62,546 nucleotides of DNA, filler included, from Sphacelaria rigidula (GCA_964200075.2; 5 parts of 5 records of this genome joined end to end with filler, not necessarily neighbours in it), one strand, 5' to 3'; shown: positions 26,371-38,554, counted from the whole stretch's first letter. A program made the numbers and translations. The notes: generated by a model not told the origin, from the sequence alone.

Positions 26371-26443
26371 GCAACGCATCGGGAATCGAACCCTCGTTCT
26401 CTCCACCCTAATTGCCACAGCTGAACCATTACACCACCGGGGC
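26371..26443 (-). mobile_element. tRNA-like Pol III head (SINE head or tRNA pseudogene)
   Basis: Minus strand GCCCCGGTGGTGTAATGGTTCAGC...GAGGGTTCGATTCCCGATGCG has an A box and a B box but no clean anticodon or acceptor stems. Confidence 0.6.
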
Positions 26444-27449
26444 GCAAACGGTTTATATCCTAAAATCGGAACAATCTCCTTGCCTTCTGAGGAGCGATAT
26501 CTGCGGCCACGTCATCATCCATTTCGCGCTCCTGTGTCTCGTATATCGGAACAACCTCGACCTGCGTTGATTGAGCCAGCGAGAGGAACGTCGGCGGAAA
26601 TGGTGCGTGTTAAGTTTGCACCAGTGATTGTACAATTTAACGTCCGCTTCTTATGTTAACAGCGTCCGAAGTGATCGGTGCTGTGGGTACAACTCTGGGG
26701 GCTACTGCAAGTCGTGCATTTGCATCAGCGGCAGAGCCGCGCAGTGCAGCACAGTACAGTACAGTACAGCACGGTACAGCAGTCATCGCCAATACACACA
26801 CGGTGTACTGACTGTAGGAAAGCCTGTTGCAGCTACACGGGAGCGTGACAGCAACAGCTGACCTCACGTGTCGATGTTCCATGTGAAAGCCAACGATGTC
26901 AGCCCTGCAGTTCATGGCTGTAACACACGCACAGCACTCCGAATACGAAGTCATAAAACCTCCGACTCACAACGCATGCGTCGCTGCTACATGCAAGCCG
27001 GTGCTACACACAAGCCCTACTGTAGCGCCACTCGCAAGCGATCGGGTACTGAATGCTTGTGAGGGAGCGGCACGCCCTAATTGCGCAAGCGGTAGGCTTA
27101 CAGCGGCCCTTGAGCTCCAACTGTCCATCCTCGAAACTGAGTCTTGTATCCGTGGGTGTGTCTCGTAAAGGCGTTGACTTCAAGGCCGACAACCCGCCAT
27201 CGAAATCGAGTGGAGCCACAATCCAGTGGGGATACAAACGTTTACCACTCATAGACACCACCACTGCACTCTGGTGAGTGTAAAAATGCTGCGTTCGGAG
27301 GGACCTGCGTGTCATACGTGGCCGACCATTGTCAAATTGTACAGCGAAGTCCCTTCCTCAGGGCGTGCCATATCGAGACGAACAAACAAAGAAAGTACAT
27401 TCCAGCATCACTTTATTTAAACTGATTTTGCGGAGAAACAACCATTTTG

Positions 27450-28800
27450 TGTGACTCTCGAAAACCCCACGAGCAGCACAAACTGTCGAAGATAATACTT
27501 CAGGACGATGAGTCATGCACCGGAGAGGAACGCTGCGGAAGGGTCCGCATTTTTTTGTCATGTTTCTTGACATCACCAGACTGCGGTGTGTAGTACAGTA
27601 CACTACAATCTCTCCGCGTCAAAACAACGAGCCGGTCCCAGAGCCTTGCCACCAACTGTTCGGCGCAACAGCAGTTGGTAGTAAGGTTCCTTCTTATGCT
27701 AGAAAGAAACAGAAAAAATGGTAATGATATTGTAACGATAAAAACGAATATGACGAACAGCCTTCGTGTGGCAACCTAGCTTTTGTTCACCATTATGCCG
27801 TAAGTGAATTATTCATTTGACTGAACTACAGGGAGCTAGGAAATCGCAAATAAAGCAGATCTCTACGCTATGGCGACGGTCTGCCTAACGCCAAAGTAGA
27901 GGCGCCTCTGGACATGCACCACCTTTGGTATGTGGAGTATACTCTTCGCCTTTATCTCTCCACGGTGACATATGACACCAAAAATGTACTATTTTCAGCA
28001 TATTTACGTATTTTAACCGGCGTTTTCTTCATAGACATGAAAAATGCGTACTTACCATAAGGGCACATCACGCAACGAACCGCGCGAGATTTCGTGTCGT
28101 GGTCATCTAGATCTGCTGCGTCGGGAATCGGGTGTCGTTGAGCTGGAGGCCAGTGGAAGGCCAATATTTCCAACTAGATATAAACTCTCTCGGTAGTGTG
28201 TCGTTGAGTCTGTCGATTATTTTCTCCGCTTTTTCGTGGTCATGCAGGGACGCTATCTTACACCATACTAACTCTCATAGGTAGGTATGTGATATGCATG
28301 AAAATCTTAGGAATCGTATGAGCGAGACGGTCTGGGAAAAGAACGGCTTCATCTCAAATTTGGGGCACAAAGCCCAAGACGTCTCACGCTGCTTCGGCCA
28401 TCGTTTCGAACCAGCTTTCTGGTTGTCGAACTTCAGCATAGCCCACCTTACCCACCTCACGCCGCTTTGGATGGCGTGGGTGCTGCTAGTGTGCCCGCGG
28501 TACACGTCTTGAAACTTCCAAAGCTCCAAGAAGGGCAGCATGCAGGGAAGCACGTGTGTGATATTTATTCTCGAGTTGAAGCGCCTATTGGCTGTGACTC
28601 ATTACAGTATGTGACGGAGTATCCAGACGGATTTATTTTTCCCCACACACGGATTTTCGTTGACGTCCATCTCTTTGTCGCGCTAGTATCTGCACCATCA
28701 TCGCCGAATACATGTCAGGTTAAACACCAGCAGAAGCCACTCCACCAAGCCCACACCGTGTTCCGTGACATGAGTGGTGGCAACATGTACACGGTTCGGG
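27450..28800 (-). pseudogene. Degenerate piggyBac-like transposase relic
   Basis: Collinear broken motifs on the minus strand: WAMLKF...FEMKPFFSQTVSLIRFLRF (cf. F..tMS..RF), KIIDRLNDTLPREF (cf. liD.fN...f.pg), WWQGSG and GDVKKHDKK (cf. PW.GSGR...GDVKT). Many stops and frameshifts. Confidence 0.45.
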
Positions 28801-29281
28801 TCTGGAGGTAAAATGGAAGCCTTGGGGCGTGTCTTACCGAGACCAAGAAAAGAATCGGGAAAAGGAACAAGCGTCGAAATGTGACATGTTGATTCGTCGC
28901 AGGGCGAGCCTACGATATGGTTGCGGCGACTAATCAACATGCTATTGGACGCGTGTTTATTTTCACGCGTCTTTTGTTGGACTTGATCAGACACGGCCTT
29001 ACGGCGGCGCGTAAAAAACACCTTCTGTGACAATCTCCCGAATAATATACGTGCTGGGGCATGATGTGCATGTGCATGACGACTTCAAACGGTCCAAACT
29101 TTTATCAAATCACCCGGCCTTGACGTTGGGGCCGAAAATTATGAAAAGATAACTCGGGGACAGGATTTCACTCATGGTCACGCCCTAGAACTGCAGCAAC
29201 AGCACCGCGCTTGCGCCGCACTTTCATGTTGCCCTACGAGGAAGTGGATTTCCCGAACAGCCCGAACGATTTCAATAATCT

Positions 29282-29620
29282 GTGTGTACAGTTGTGTTGC
29301 CATCCCATCTATTCTGGACGCCAGTCTATACACCTTTCGGTATATATGTGGGCGCACCAGCCGGGGTCACACAGGAGTTTTCGTTTTTATTTGTTTTAGT
29401 TCTCCACCTGCCTTCTGCGGTACTTGCCTTTATTTCTTATCGCGAGAGGGGTTCAGCAGTCCCTTTCCCTGGTCAAGCGTGAAGCCGAATTTTGTGTACC
29501 CACGACATAGTCGCTCTCCACTGTTGGGCATGGTGTGAGCGAAAATCTACGATCGCTGCGAGATTCGAACCCACGACCCAACCATCAAGGTGTCGAGGCT
29601 ACCAACTGAGCCACTGGGAA
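29282..29620 (-). mobile_element. tRNA-derived SINE (about 340 bp)
   Basis: Minus-strand head TCCCAGTGGCTCAGTTGGTAGC...GGGTCGTGGGTTCGAATCTCG has canonical A and B boxes. The body matches 24117-24510 and it ends in a CA-rich tail. Confidence 0.8.
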
Positions 29621-31480
29621 TAATCTCGAATAATATTTTTCAGAAATCACGCTCACGACAACGGAAATTGCGTTTGAAAGTGAGTTTTTTGTTTGGGGCG
29701 AGCAGGGGTAACATCGCTCTGGGTGACTTACAACGAATACATATCAATAAACGGGGGTGGTATCGGTACGGTCTCGATTGCGATTTTTCTCGTATCGACG
29801 AGACAGAAGCTCCATACGGGAGTGTTTCCGCAGGCACAAGTGCTTCGCGGGATGCAATGATATGACGACCGCTCTGCATCAATGCATCGTCTTCGATATT
29901 TACATTCAACTGTTGTATAGCTGTACTGCATAGCACGTTGTATGCTATGTGCGTCCGTACATGGTTTGAGTCTTGCTTCATTTAAGAACATTTTCTTCTT
30001 CGGATTTCATGTCACCGAAACTGCGCATGGCATACTGTATAGTACAGGACAGTTCAAGTACAGCAGAGCAGGCGTCCGCTGCTTCATGGCACTCGGGTTT
30101 TTTTGGGCATAGCGATATCTTTGGAAGGCAGGGAGACTGCATACATGCATCCACCATTTCACGTCGGTAGCAGGGTGGGTGAAGGTCTCGCGGGGTGTTA
30201 CTGCATGTCATGATTTTGAAATTTGGCGCTTATTAGCATTGACTATCTATCTAGGTTTGAAGGAAGAGCTCAGGAAAATTACTTGGTTCGGTGTACATAC
30301 AGACACAGACGCGTTGATAGATACAGCTAAAATGCCTGCACCTAAACCGTTTCATCTCAAACAACACCCTCTCTTACCTCTAGCTCCAGTCACAGCGGCA
30401 ACTTGGCTCCATCCAAACCGGGAAAGCACTGTATTGCATTAAATAAGTTGCGTTGAATTAAACTATGCAAATCATGTGTCATTTTCTTCCTCACGGATTG
30501 CAAAAATCCATTGTATACCGGGATGCCCCGCCCTATATTTGCGAATGCCCGCACTTGACCCGCATACATAAATCATTGCACTTTTGAAAGGAAACTTTGC
30601 GTATTGATTTCTCAACCGTGAGTATAGTCACCCCTGTGAAACTTGGTGCACTGGTCGGACACAACACAAGGCAATATGTGCACCGGAGAACAGCTCCTGT
30701 CGACCACCGAGCAAAGTAAACCAAGAGAATACCGATATACCGTCGATACCCGCCCTCAAAACGACCATATAGCAGCCCAGATTCTATACACTGTACGTGA
30801 ATGCATATGTGGACATGGCAATGAACTCAGTTCCACACCATGAACACCTGGGACGGTGCAGTGCTGGCAAACAAACATCGATCAGTACCGGCATCCCTCT
30901 GGATAATGACGGTCTGCAGAATTCATTCCGGTATGGCGTGTAGAGATACTCAGCGCGAGAGCCACGGCATACGTGCGCCGTCGTCACTGCAATGCGCTGA
31001 AACTGCGGTCACATGGTATGTGAACCACAATCAACAAGCCCATGTGTCTGGATCTGAGGTTGGGCGTTGTAACAGTGTCCGAGGGGATGAAAGAGCTCAG
31101 ACTCTATTCTCGATTTTTTTTTTGCCGCAGGACTGAGGGGTGAGGGCGAAAGACGCAATAAGTGGGTGCATGACTGTACATGTAAACACGAAAGTTGGAG
31201 CTGTCCTCTGTTAGTGAGTGATGCCGCGATAGCTCCTCCCCAAACCAGCCCCAAAACTGTGACCAAGAAAATGGCTGCACAGTCATGTTGTCTAGTTTCA
31301 GACAGCATGACGCGCCCCACATGGATGGGCGATGTTGGCAAAACGATCCCAATCGTACGAGTTTCCAGCTGTTCGGTGTGCTCAGCCCTTCCTTGTCATT
31401 TTGATTATTTGTTGTATGTAGGTTTTGCCTCTTCAAACCCGCCACTTTTTTTTTTGGGGGGGGGGGGGCTATCGCGGCAT

Positions 31481-32529
31481 CACTGCCGTGCTAGGCCCAA
31501 ACTACTCGAAATCAATCCCGACGAGAAGGCAACTAAGGCGCTCACAACCCATGCAGAACATGTAAAGCAACTTTCACGAAAAAGAGCGCGATTTATAGGG
31601 CCGAACAGGACCTACGGGAAACAAGGGCCTGGCAGAGTACCCTATTTTGTCCGAGAACGGGGTAGGTATCCCCACCATAAACTACGTGCGAAGTTTAGAT
31701 CTTGCACCATATATATGTTGTCTTACCCTATCCCCTACAATGTCCAACATGTAACCCTGTTTGACAACATAACTATCAGCCTTCCACAGCCACCATCCCA
31801 CTGACCGCACAGTACAAAATCGAATGAGAAAAAAAAACTCGATCACTTCTTTTCACCTCTTTCTACCGCCTGGAGACACAAGACCCCACCGTTGGTGATT
31901 TTCACCCTAAACAAACGGGACCCCTGCGGAATGACTTACACACCACAGGACCATTGGGCGCGCGCGCGTGCACACGGCACAATAACCTGCGAAACGCAGG
32001 ACACAACGCGAACGGCACAGCAGCTTGCTGCGTGTTTCGCAACTTGTGCCGTTTGTGCGCGCACCCAATAGTCGTGCGTTGTATCAGTCATCCCGTAGCG
32101 GTCTCGTTTGTCCGGGGTGGAAAGCACCAACGGTGGGGTCTAGAGTCTCCAGCCCCTAAAAAGAGATGAAAAGATGCGTCGGGGATGTTCTTCGGCCGTT
32201 CGACTGTGTGCTGTGCGGTGGGTGGGACGGCGACTGTGGAAGGCCGATAGTCTTCAAATAGGGGTACACGTTGGACACTGTAGGGGAAAGGATAAGTCAA
32301 GATAGGGTGTACAAGATAATCTTACGACCTAGTTTATGGGGGTATACGTACCCTCATTGTCGGACAAAATAAGGTACTCGGCCAGGCAGTAGTTTCCCGT
32401 GGTGGTGCTGTTCGGCGCTTAATCGCGCTTGTTTCTCCCGACAGTTGTTACCATGCTCTGCATGGACAGTGGGTACCTTGCCTTCTCGTTGGGATTGATT
32501 CTCGAGTGGTTTGGGCCTAGCACGGAGTG
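31481..32529. mobile_element. About 1.05-kb imperfect palindrome (fold-back element, or two inverted copies of one repeat)
   Basis: Ends CCGTGCTAGGCCCAAACTACTCGAAATCAATCCC and GGGATTGATTCTCGAGTGGTTTGGGCCTAGCACGG. Diverged similarity continues inward to about 31940 and 32080. Confidence 0.8.
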
Positions 32530-33560
32530 CTCCGACTTGCGCGTTTACCTGTACCTACTGCTGGGCTGAAATAGGTGTGGTGTACCCAGTGTATTTTTCC
32601 CCAAGATAAATCGGCTCAATGTCCCTCGTGTAGATACGCTAGTATCTGAATCTGTATGTTACGGCATATGTTCGACAAAGTGTTTTCGCTCAAGCAACCC
32701 ATTGAAAGGCAATCATGCATCACGAAGCCAGCACATTTCAGACACGCACGTTCAACTCAGTCAGAGAGGAAGTCAACCCTGCTCACCGTCATTTGCCTCA
32801 ATGTTGAGTAATTTCAAAGAAACATTACTTGAACGCTTGGGATGTGTAAAACTGGGCGTCGCCTGATGGCTCAAGCCGCGCAAGTCATCGACCTGCACGA
32901 ATGCACTGGTGGAAACTGGAGAGACAATGAAAAAAACACCCTAGACATGAGCCCGACCAAAATTCCAGTACCTACACGCCGCAAGTAAGCACAGTTGCAA
33001 AACCCTTTTGCCATTCTCCAGAAAAACGGCGGTAATCTGTGCACTGCACCTATCGGAAAAAATAGATTCATCACAAACATTTACTCGCTAACGAAAAGAG
33101 GGGAATCAACAAACCAAAAATAACGGCTCGTCCTCCTCCGACTTGGACCACAGCAGTTGCCTCGGCTGAGTAAAACCAGGTGTCAAGGCGCACCCTGTAC
33201 GGATATACATACAAAATGAGATGAATAACCAAACTTCCTTTTTTCCGGAACAACACAAAAACTTGAATCCTGCCTTTGATCACACTATTTTCATCAAAAT
33301 CTTTCCATGAGCAATGTCCAGCCTTGTTTCAAACCGCTGACCACGCCTCAGACTATACTAATCGTCACCACCTGCATTATAGGCTGTCGTTAACGGTACT
33401 ATGGTCCAGGAATAACCCCCCCCCCTCCCCCATCCCTTCCCCCCGCCCGTACAGAATAAGGGATAGAGAAGAGAGTAAAAGGTGACCCAGGGTCTACATT
33501 ATAGTGTAGAGGGTACCCCCCTATCCCCCTCGACATCTATGTATACATGGTATCCAAGCG

Positions 33561-36500
33561 TCACGGCTCCAAAGGCGTTTGAAGCGTGGATCCGAACTTC
33601 TCCACATACTTCTTCTGCTCTGCTGACATCCTACAAGATATCATTCAGACGAGAGAGGGAAAGAGACGGAGGTGCAGGGGGGGGAAAGGAGGGGGGGGGG
33701 GAGGGGAAGACAGTTGAGAAACGAACGAAACACGGGAAAAACGCGGGGTAGCGGGGGAGTATGAGTATGGTATGAAAACGATGTGTGTGTGTAACCATCA
33801 CTCCTGCAAGGCTTTCACAATCTCAAGCGGGGGGAAAATATAAGGCTCTATTTTATTCATGAGCCGACATATACCACAGAGGATGAATACTCTGAACACA
33901 CAAAGAACCATGTCTCGACAACACATTTCAATGGAAGAACCAAGTCTTCGACTGAACGTTCAATTACGGGCGGGATGACGGGGAATTCCGCTTGTACCAC
34001 AGGTGTTGCCTGCAGTGTTGAAAATATTCCCTCGTTCAGTTTTCCATGTTTCCTTCTCCAGCCTCGTTGAGCGCGGCCACTTCCAAGGACTACGAGGGGA
34101 AGTCTAGGCCATTTGATTAAGTTGTAGATTCAGAGCTGCTGAGATACCCAGGTGCTATCCTGTGTATCAAGTCTTGGAATAATCTGCGGGGAAAATGGCC
34201 TGATGTGAAAGACACCTCTTTGCAGTGACACATCAGAGATCGATACCACACATGTGTGAATAACCAGCGCATGCAGGTACAAGGTAGGAATGGTCCGAAA
34301 GGACCAGAACACCAGGACCCTGTAAGGCCAACGATACTTGACAACTCGGGGTGGTGTCAGGAGGAGCCCAGTATCAAGGTGGCCGAACACCCCCGAGGAA
34401 AAGGGCGCACCTCACGGTGCATCACTTCTTCTTAGTCTGACCCCCTTCTTGCCTACATCAGGCAAGAGGAAATCATCGCCAGCCTCGGAGTTCCTTCGGC
34501 ATCAGCACGACATCTCCAACGACAGTCTTACCCGTAGGTCTATCTATACCCTAGCGATACGCCTGCCTCATATTTGGCGACACCAGAAAATAACTCACGC
34601 GAGAAAGACCGTAGAAGAAAAAAAAAACTAACGAGAACCAATTGCTCCGACGCCAAGAACATCAGGGTCCTCCATGGAAAGCTACAGCAGGTGAGACGTA
34701 CGGGTCGTTCGCACGATTAGTCGAGTTGAAAGGTTATAAGGGTCATGTATTTGGCAAACGCGAAATCAGCCTCCTCAGCCTAAACTTCGTCACCTGCACG
34801 GCCAGTCAAAACAGCGAAACGCGAAATTAGCCTCCTCAGCGTGCATTACATGTCACCAGCATAGACAGTCAAAGAGCGAAGTCGCACTAACCCACCTCTC
34901 ACCACAATAGTGCAAGAGGCACGGCAATCAATCAAGATAGACCGACCTCCGGAAACGCGGTGACTCGAAATAGCACCAACAAGGATTCTACCCAACCTGC
35001 AAATGCACTACCTTGTCATTCCTAACCATTTAGCAAGCGAAAAAAAATGTGTATTGGACGGTCTTGCCGCATCTCAGCTCACAAGTTGAGAGAAGTTGCA
35101 AACGGCAGATACTTTCATATTTCACATCTCCGCACGCATGCGATGGAGAAAAACTGCCAACCCTCTGGTGGAAGGTATATCGGAGAGAAGCGCGTCTTCT
35201 AGCCAGTACATTCACTCCTCTGTTGAGGCACCAAAACAGTCCCCAGTTGTGACATGGAAGTACATACTAGGATAAGCAAAAGCTAAACAAGAGCAACACA
35301 GGTCGAAAAAAGAAGAGCGGCATACAAATATAACCAGCCTCCGTACTTGGACTTAGTTACTAAGCAGCCGTCGACAAGCGATACACCGGACACGGGTTGA
35401 AAACCGTTGAGGCTCATATCATGTACATTCTCAGGGGTACCCCAAGGAATCGGTAACGTTACATCCCACGTTGACACATGTTCAACCTGCCACCAGAATA
35501 AACAACAATTTTATGAGCAGTTGCTGTTGATTCCAAATAGTAACTGCCCATAATCCCTCCAAGAGATCATGCGGTAACATCTACATAGTAGATTAAGGGC
35601 ACCTGGATATTTAAATCTGGTCGAGTACGGACCCCGCATCCAATATATCCCTGAAGAGGGCGCTGCAATTCCACAAAAAGAATCGATCACATACATGTCA
35701 TACTTTTCAGTACAAGACGGGGTGCTGGTCAAATCGTATCTGCCTGGACACATGAAAAAACGAAGCACATTGCATGACCAGCCTGTGTAAGCAAGTCCTT
35801 CGTGGGCTTTGTGCTACACTCATATCACGACCGTTCACCGTCCGGAGGCCACTTGGGTATTAAGCGAACCTACGACAAGATCCGGCAGAAGTACTGGTGG
35901 CCGTCAATGAACCGCGATATAAAGGATTGGTGCCTTAAATGTCAAGGTTGCCAGCGCCGAATAACGGCCCACAACGGGCCAAAATTGCCGATGGAACACA
36001 TTCCGGTAGAACGGCCATACGAAAGATGATCGGTAGACCTGATTGGATACAAAACATCTTCGATGTCAAACGCTGGAGTACCACGTAACTACGTACTGTC
36101 CGTAATGGACCACCTCATTAGGTATGCTCTGCTGATACCTTAATCCAACGTGCAAAAAGTCTGTGCGTGTGACGCAAGGCGATCTGTAAAATGACAAAAT
36201 ATGTTCACCTATGTGCCAATGGACTGCCTTTGACTCCGCTCCCCCAGTCCCTCTTGAACACCTTGTGCACAGCCGCACCTGAGAGAAATAGTGAGCACGA
36301 GAACGAACGTTCGAGGATATCTGCGGTAAGCGCGCTCATGTTCGCTGAATAGTTAATTTCGTCAACTAGAAATCATTATGAAACAGCGGTGCCAAGCTCA
36401 ATCTTCAATAAAAGCATACCCCGTGACACAGAACACATCTCTGCAACGTGGTCGAAAGCTTGTTCAGGAGAGTGAGTGAGGGAGACTCAAAAGGTTTTAT

Positions 36501-37224
36501 CGATCATGCACACAAAACCTGAAAAAAAACGCCAGTCTACATTGCCGTGGTCGGCTGGTCAAAATCGTGAAGCCATCATATTTCTCAGAGGCAGCTGCTC
36601 TTCTCGCGCACGAGCGTGGATACGCCTGATCGACAGTTGAATGATCCCACCACACATCCATCCAACAACATTCGTGGAACAAAAAAATGTCACACTCCAC
36701 GCGACTGACCAAGCATGTCCAGACACCCACGATGCAGCAGACAATCCCTTCTGTCGCAGGAAGACAGAGCGGGGAAGCTGCCACGATCTCTCAGCACGTG
36801 AAAACGAGACAGGCGTAGCGGACACCAACATGCACTCAAGCAACCCCACAACACCTGCCTGGATCCTTAACGTCCCAAAACTCCCCTTACCTTGCGCAGC
36901 ACCAGGTGCCACCGCAGGAGCAGCGACAGGAACGGGTTTCGCTGCCGCTGCCGGCGGAGCGGCAACGGGCTCCGCCTTGGGTGCAGGTGGTGCCGCCGCC
37001 GGCGGTGGCGATGGCGGTGGCGACTCAACTTTTTCAGTTTCGGTTTCGGCCGCCTCTGGCGGCGGGGGTGCCGCAGCATCTGCGGTGAAGTCTTTGAAAG
37101 CATCGACAGCGGAGGCGTCGTCGACCGTGACGAAGATGGGGGTTCCCACGGGGATATCTTGGGCACCCGACTCTACCAGGTGCTTGGCCATGAAGGAGTC
37201 GTCTTGGGCGTCGAAATCGACGGT
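33561..37224 (-). CDS. Lipoyl-domain protein related to the pyruvate dehydrogenase E2/E3BP N-terminus, with no catalytic domain; 5'-partial, spliced
   Basis: Exons 36891-37224 (TVDFDAQDDSFMAKHLVESGAQDIPVGTPIFVTVDD, the second half of a lipoyl domain, then a Pro/Ala linker), 36209-36278 (GAAVHKVFKRDWGSGVKGSPLAH) and 33561-33630 (RMSAEQKKYVEKFGSTLQTPLEP-TGA). Intron phases 1 and 2 join correctly. Confidence 0.8.
34100..36145 (+). mobile_element. Ty3/Gypsy LTR-retrotransposon pol relic in the last intron of the lipoyl gene (antisense)
   Basis: Integrase zinc-binding region HDRSPSGGHLGIKRTYDKIRQKYWWPSMNRDIKDWCLKCQGCQRR, then core start RPYER*SVDL...YVLSVMDHLIRYALLIP (35800-36145). Upstream degenerate RT start EIDTT...GVVRRSPVSRW at about 34240-34390. 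Confidence 0.85.
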
Positions 37225-37307
37225 CTTGAAAAACGATCAAGGTGAAGGAGCGCAGCATCCAGCACAGAGGAATCGAAAGGGCGCGGGAAACAGGGTACAG
37301 TGGGCGT

Positions 37308-37489
37308 GTGTGTACTAATGATCATGCATGCCATAGTCATCAGACCTTTGACCTCGCATCCCTGCAATGCCGGGACAGAGCATGCCGGGTTTTCGCCGGG
37401 CCAGGCTCGCACTCAATTACCAAACGCGAAGTGCCGTGGTGTGTTCGGCGAGTCGTATGCAGGGTGAGCTGCATCCTGCTAAGATTGTT
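37308..37489 (+). mobile_element. Repeat family A copy truncated by the contig end
   Basis: GTGTACTAATGATCATGCATGCCATAGTC...TGACCTCGCATCCCTGCAATGCCGGGACAGAGC...GCTAAGATTGTT. Confidence 0.85.
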
Positions 37490-37589
37490 NNNNNNNNNNN
37501 NNNNNNNNNNNNNNNNNNNNNNNNNNNNNNNNNTTAATTAATTAANNNNNNNNNNNNNNNNNNNNNNNNNNNNNNNNNNNNNNNNNNNN
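37490..37589. other. Artificial contig-joining spacer
   Basis: N-TTAATTAATTAA-N, 100 nt. Confidence 0.97.
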
Positions 37590-37663
37590 CAGGCGTAAAA
37601 CGACGGAGAAGGGCCAAAGTGGCAGTTTTAAACAGCAATTTTGAACGGCTCCCATTAGAGTCG

Positions 37664-37847
37664 GTCTTAGCACATGAGTTTTCGATCGAAAGAGTGTGGT
37701 GGAAAACAAAAATTCTGATCTGATGGGTAATGATTAATGATTTCAACCACCTTCAAAATTAACCACGATGGTTGAAATGACAACCTATCAGATCAAGATT
37801 TTTGTTTTTCACCGCACTTTTTCGATCGAAAACTCATGTGTCAAGAC
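37664..37847 (+). repeat. Long hairpin (184 nt); candidate miRNA precursor or small MITE
   Basis: About 65-nt arms, GTCTTAGCACATGAGTTTTCGATCGAAAGAGTGTGGTGGAAAACAAAAAT and ATTTTTGTTTTTCACCGCACTTTTTCGATCGAAAACTCATGTGTCAAGAC, plus an inner stem ATTTCAACCA/TGGTTGAAAT. Confidence 0.7.
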
Positions 37848-38554
37848 AGGGCCTCAGAATACCTTCAAACACATTATTTATTTGTTTTGGGCAAATAAAC
37901 TCTCAGGTGATGAGACTACTCGTACGGAGCGGTGATTAAACCCGCAGCTGTTCTTCATGTACATGCGAGTTTCTGTATTGCAGTTAAGAGACCCTTGGAC
38001 AGGAACACTACAGTGCGTATCAGAGACAGTTTGCACCTGTAGGGCGTTTTCGTTTGAAATAGAACATGCGGCTGGGTGCTGCGTACTCAGATCGCTGAGG
38101 GCCCCTAAGTTGAAACCGTTACGGTTGGATCTGGTCCTGCTCGGCGAATGGGCAGTAATCCCCCCGGTCGCTGCGCGAACGGGCAATAGTCCCGCCGCTT
38201 CGTCTGGAATCGTCGACAGAGAAGATGCACAGCTGTACTGCTGGTGCGACAACCTCAGGACTCTAGGGAGCTCGATACACGACTTTGTGGGCATTTATAT
38301 AAAGCACGGATACGACAAATGAAGTGTTGTCCGTTGTAAGAATGCGGCGTTTGGGCACAATGCACCCGCAGCGCCCAATGCACGCACAGCTCGCGACAAG
38401 ACGACCGTTGAACCATTGTACAGAGTATGTCATGTGAGCCTTTCTGCACACCATGCAGACAAGCGTAGCAAGCGATGGAGAATCAACAACTGGCCGATCA
38501 AGATCTCTTTTATTATGAGACCAGGATGAATATGCGACAAAATCCACCGAAAAC

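Noticed and set aside
26371..26443. Functional tRNA gene
   Set aside because: A and B boxes are present but the acceptor and anticodon stems do not pair, so it is treated as a SINE head or pseudogene.
25061..37489. Contig begins and ends in the same repeat in the same orientation (circular element or LTR pair?)
   Set aside because: Both ends are pieces of high-copy family A, where assemblies normally break, and the interior contains a host gene.
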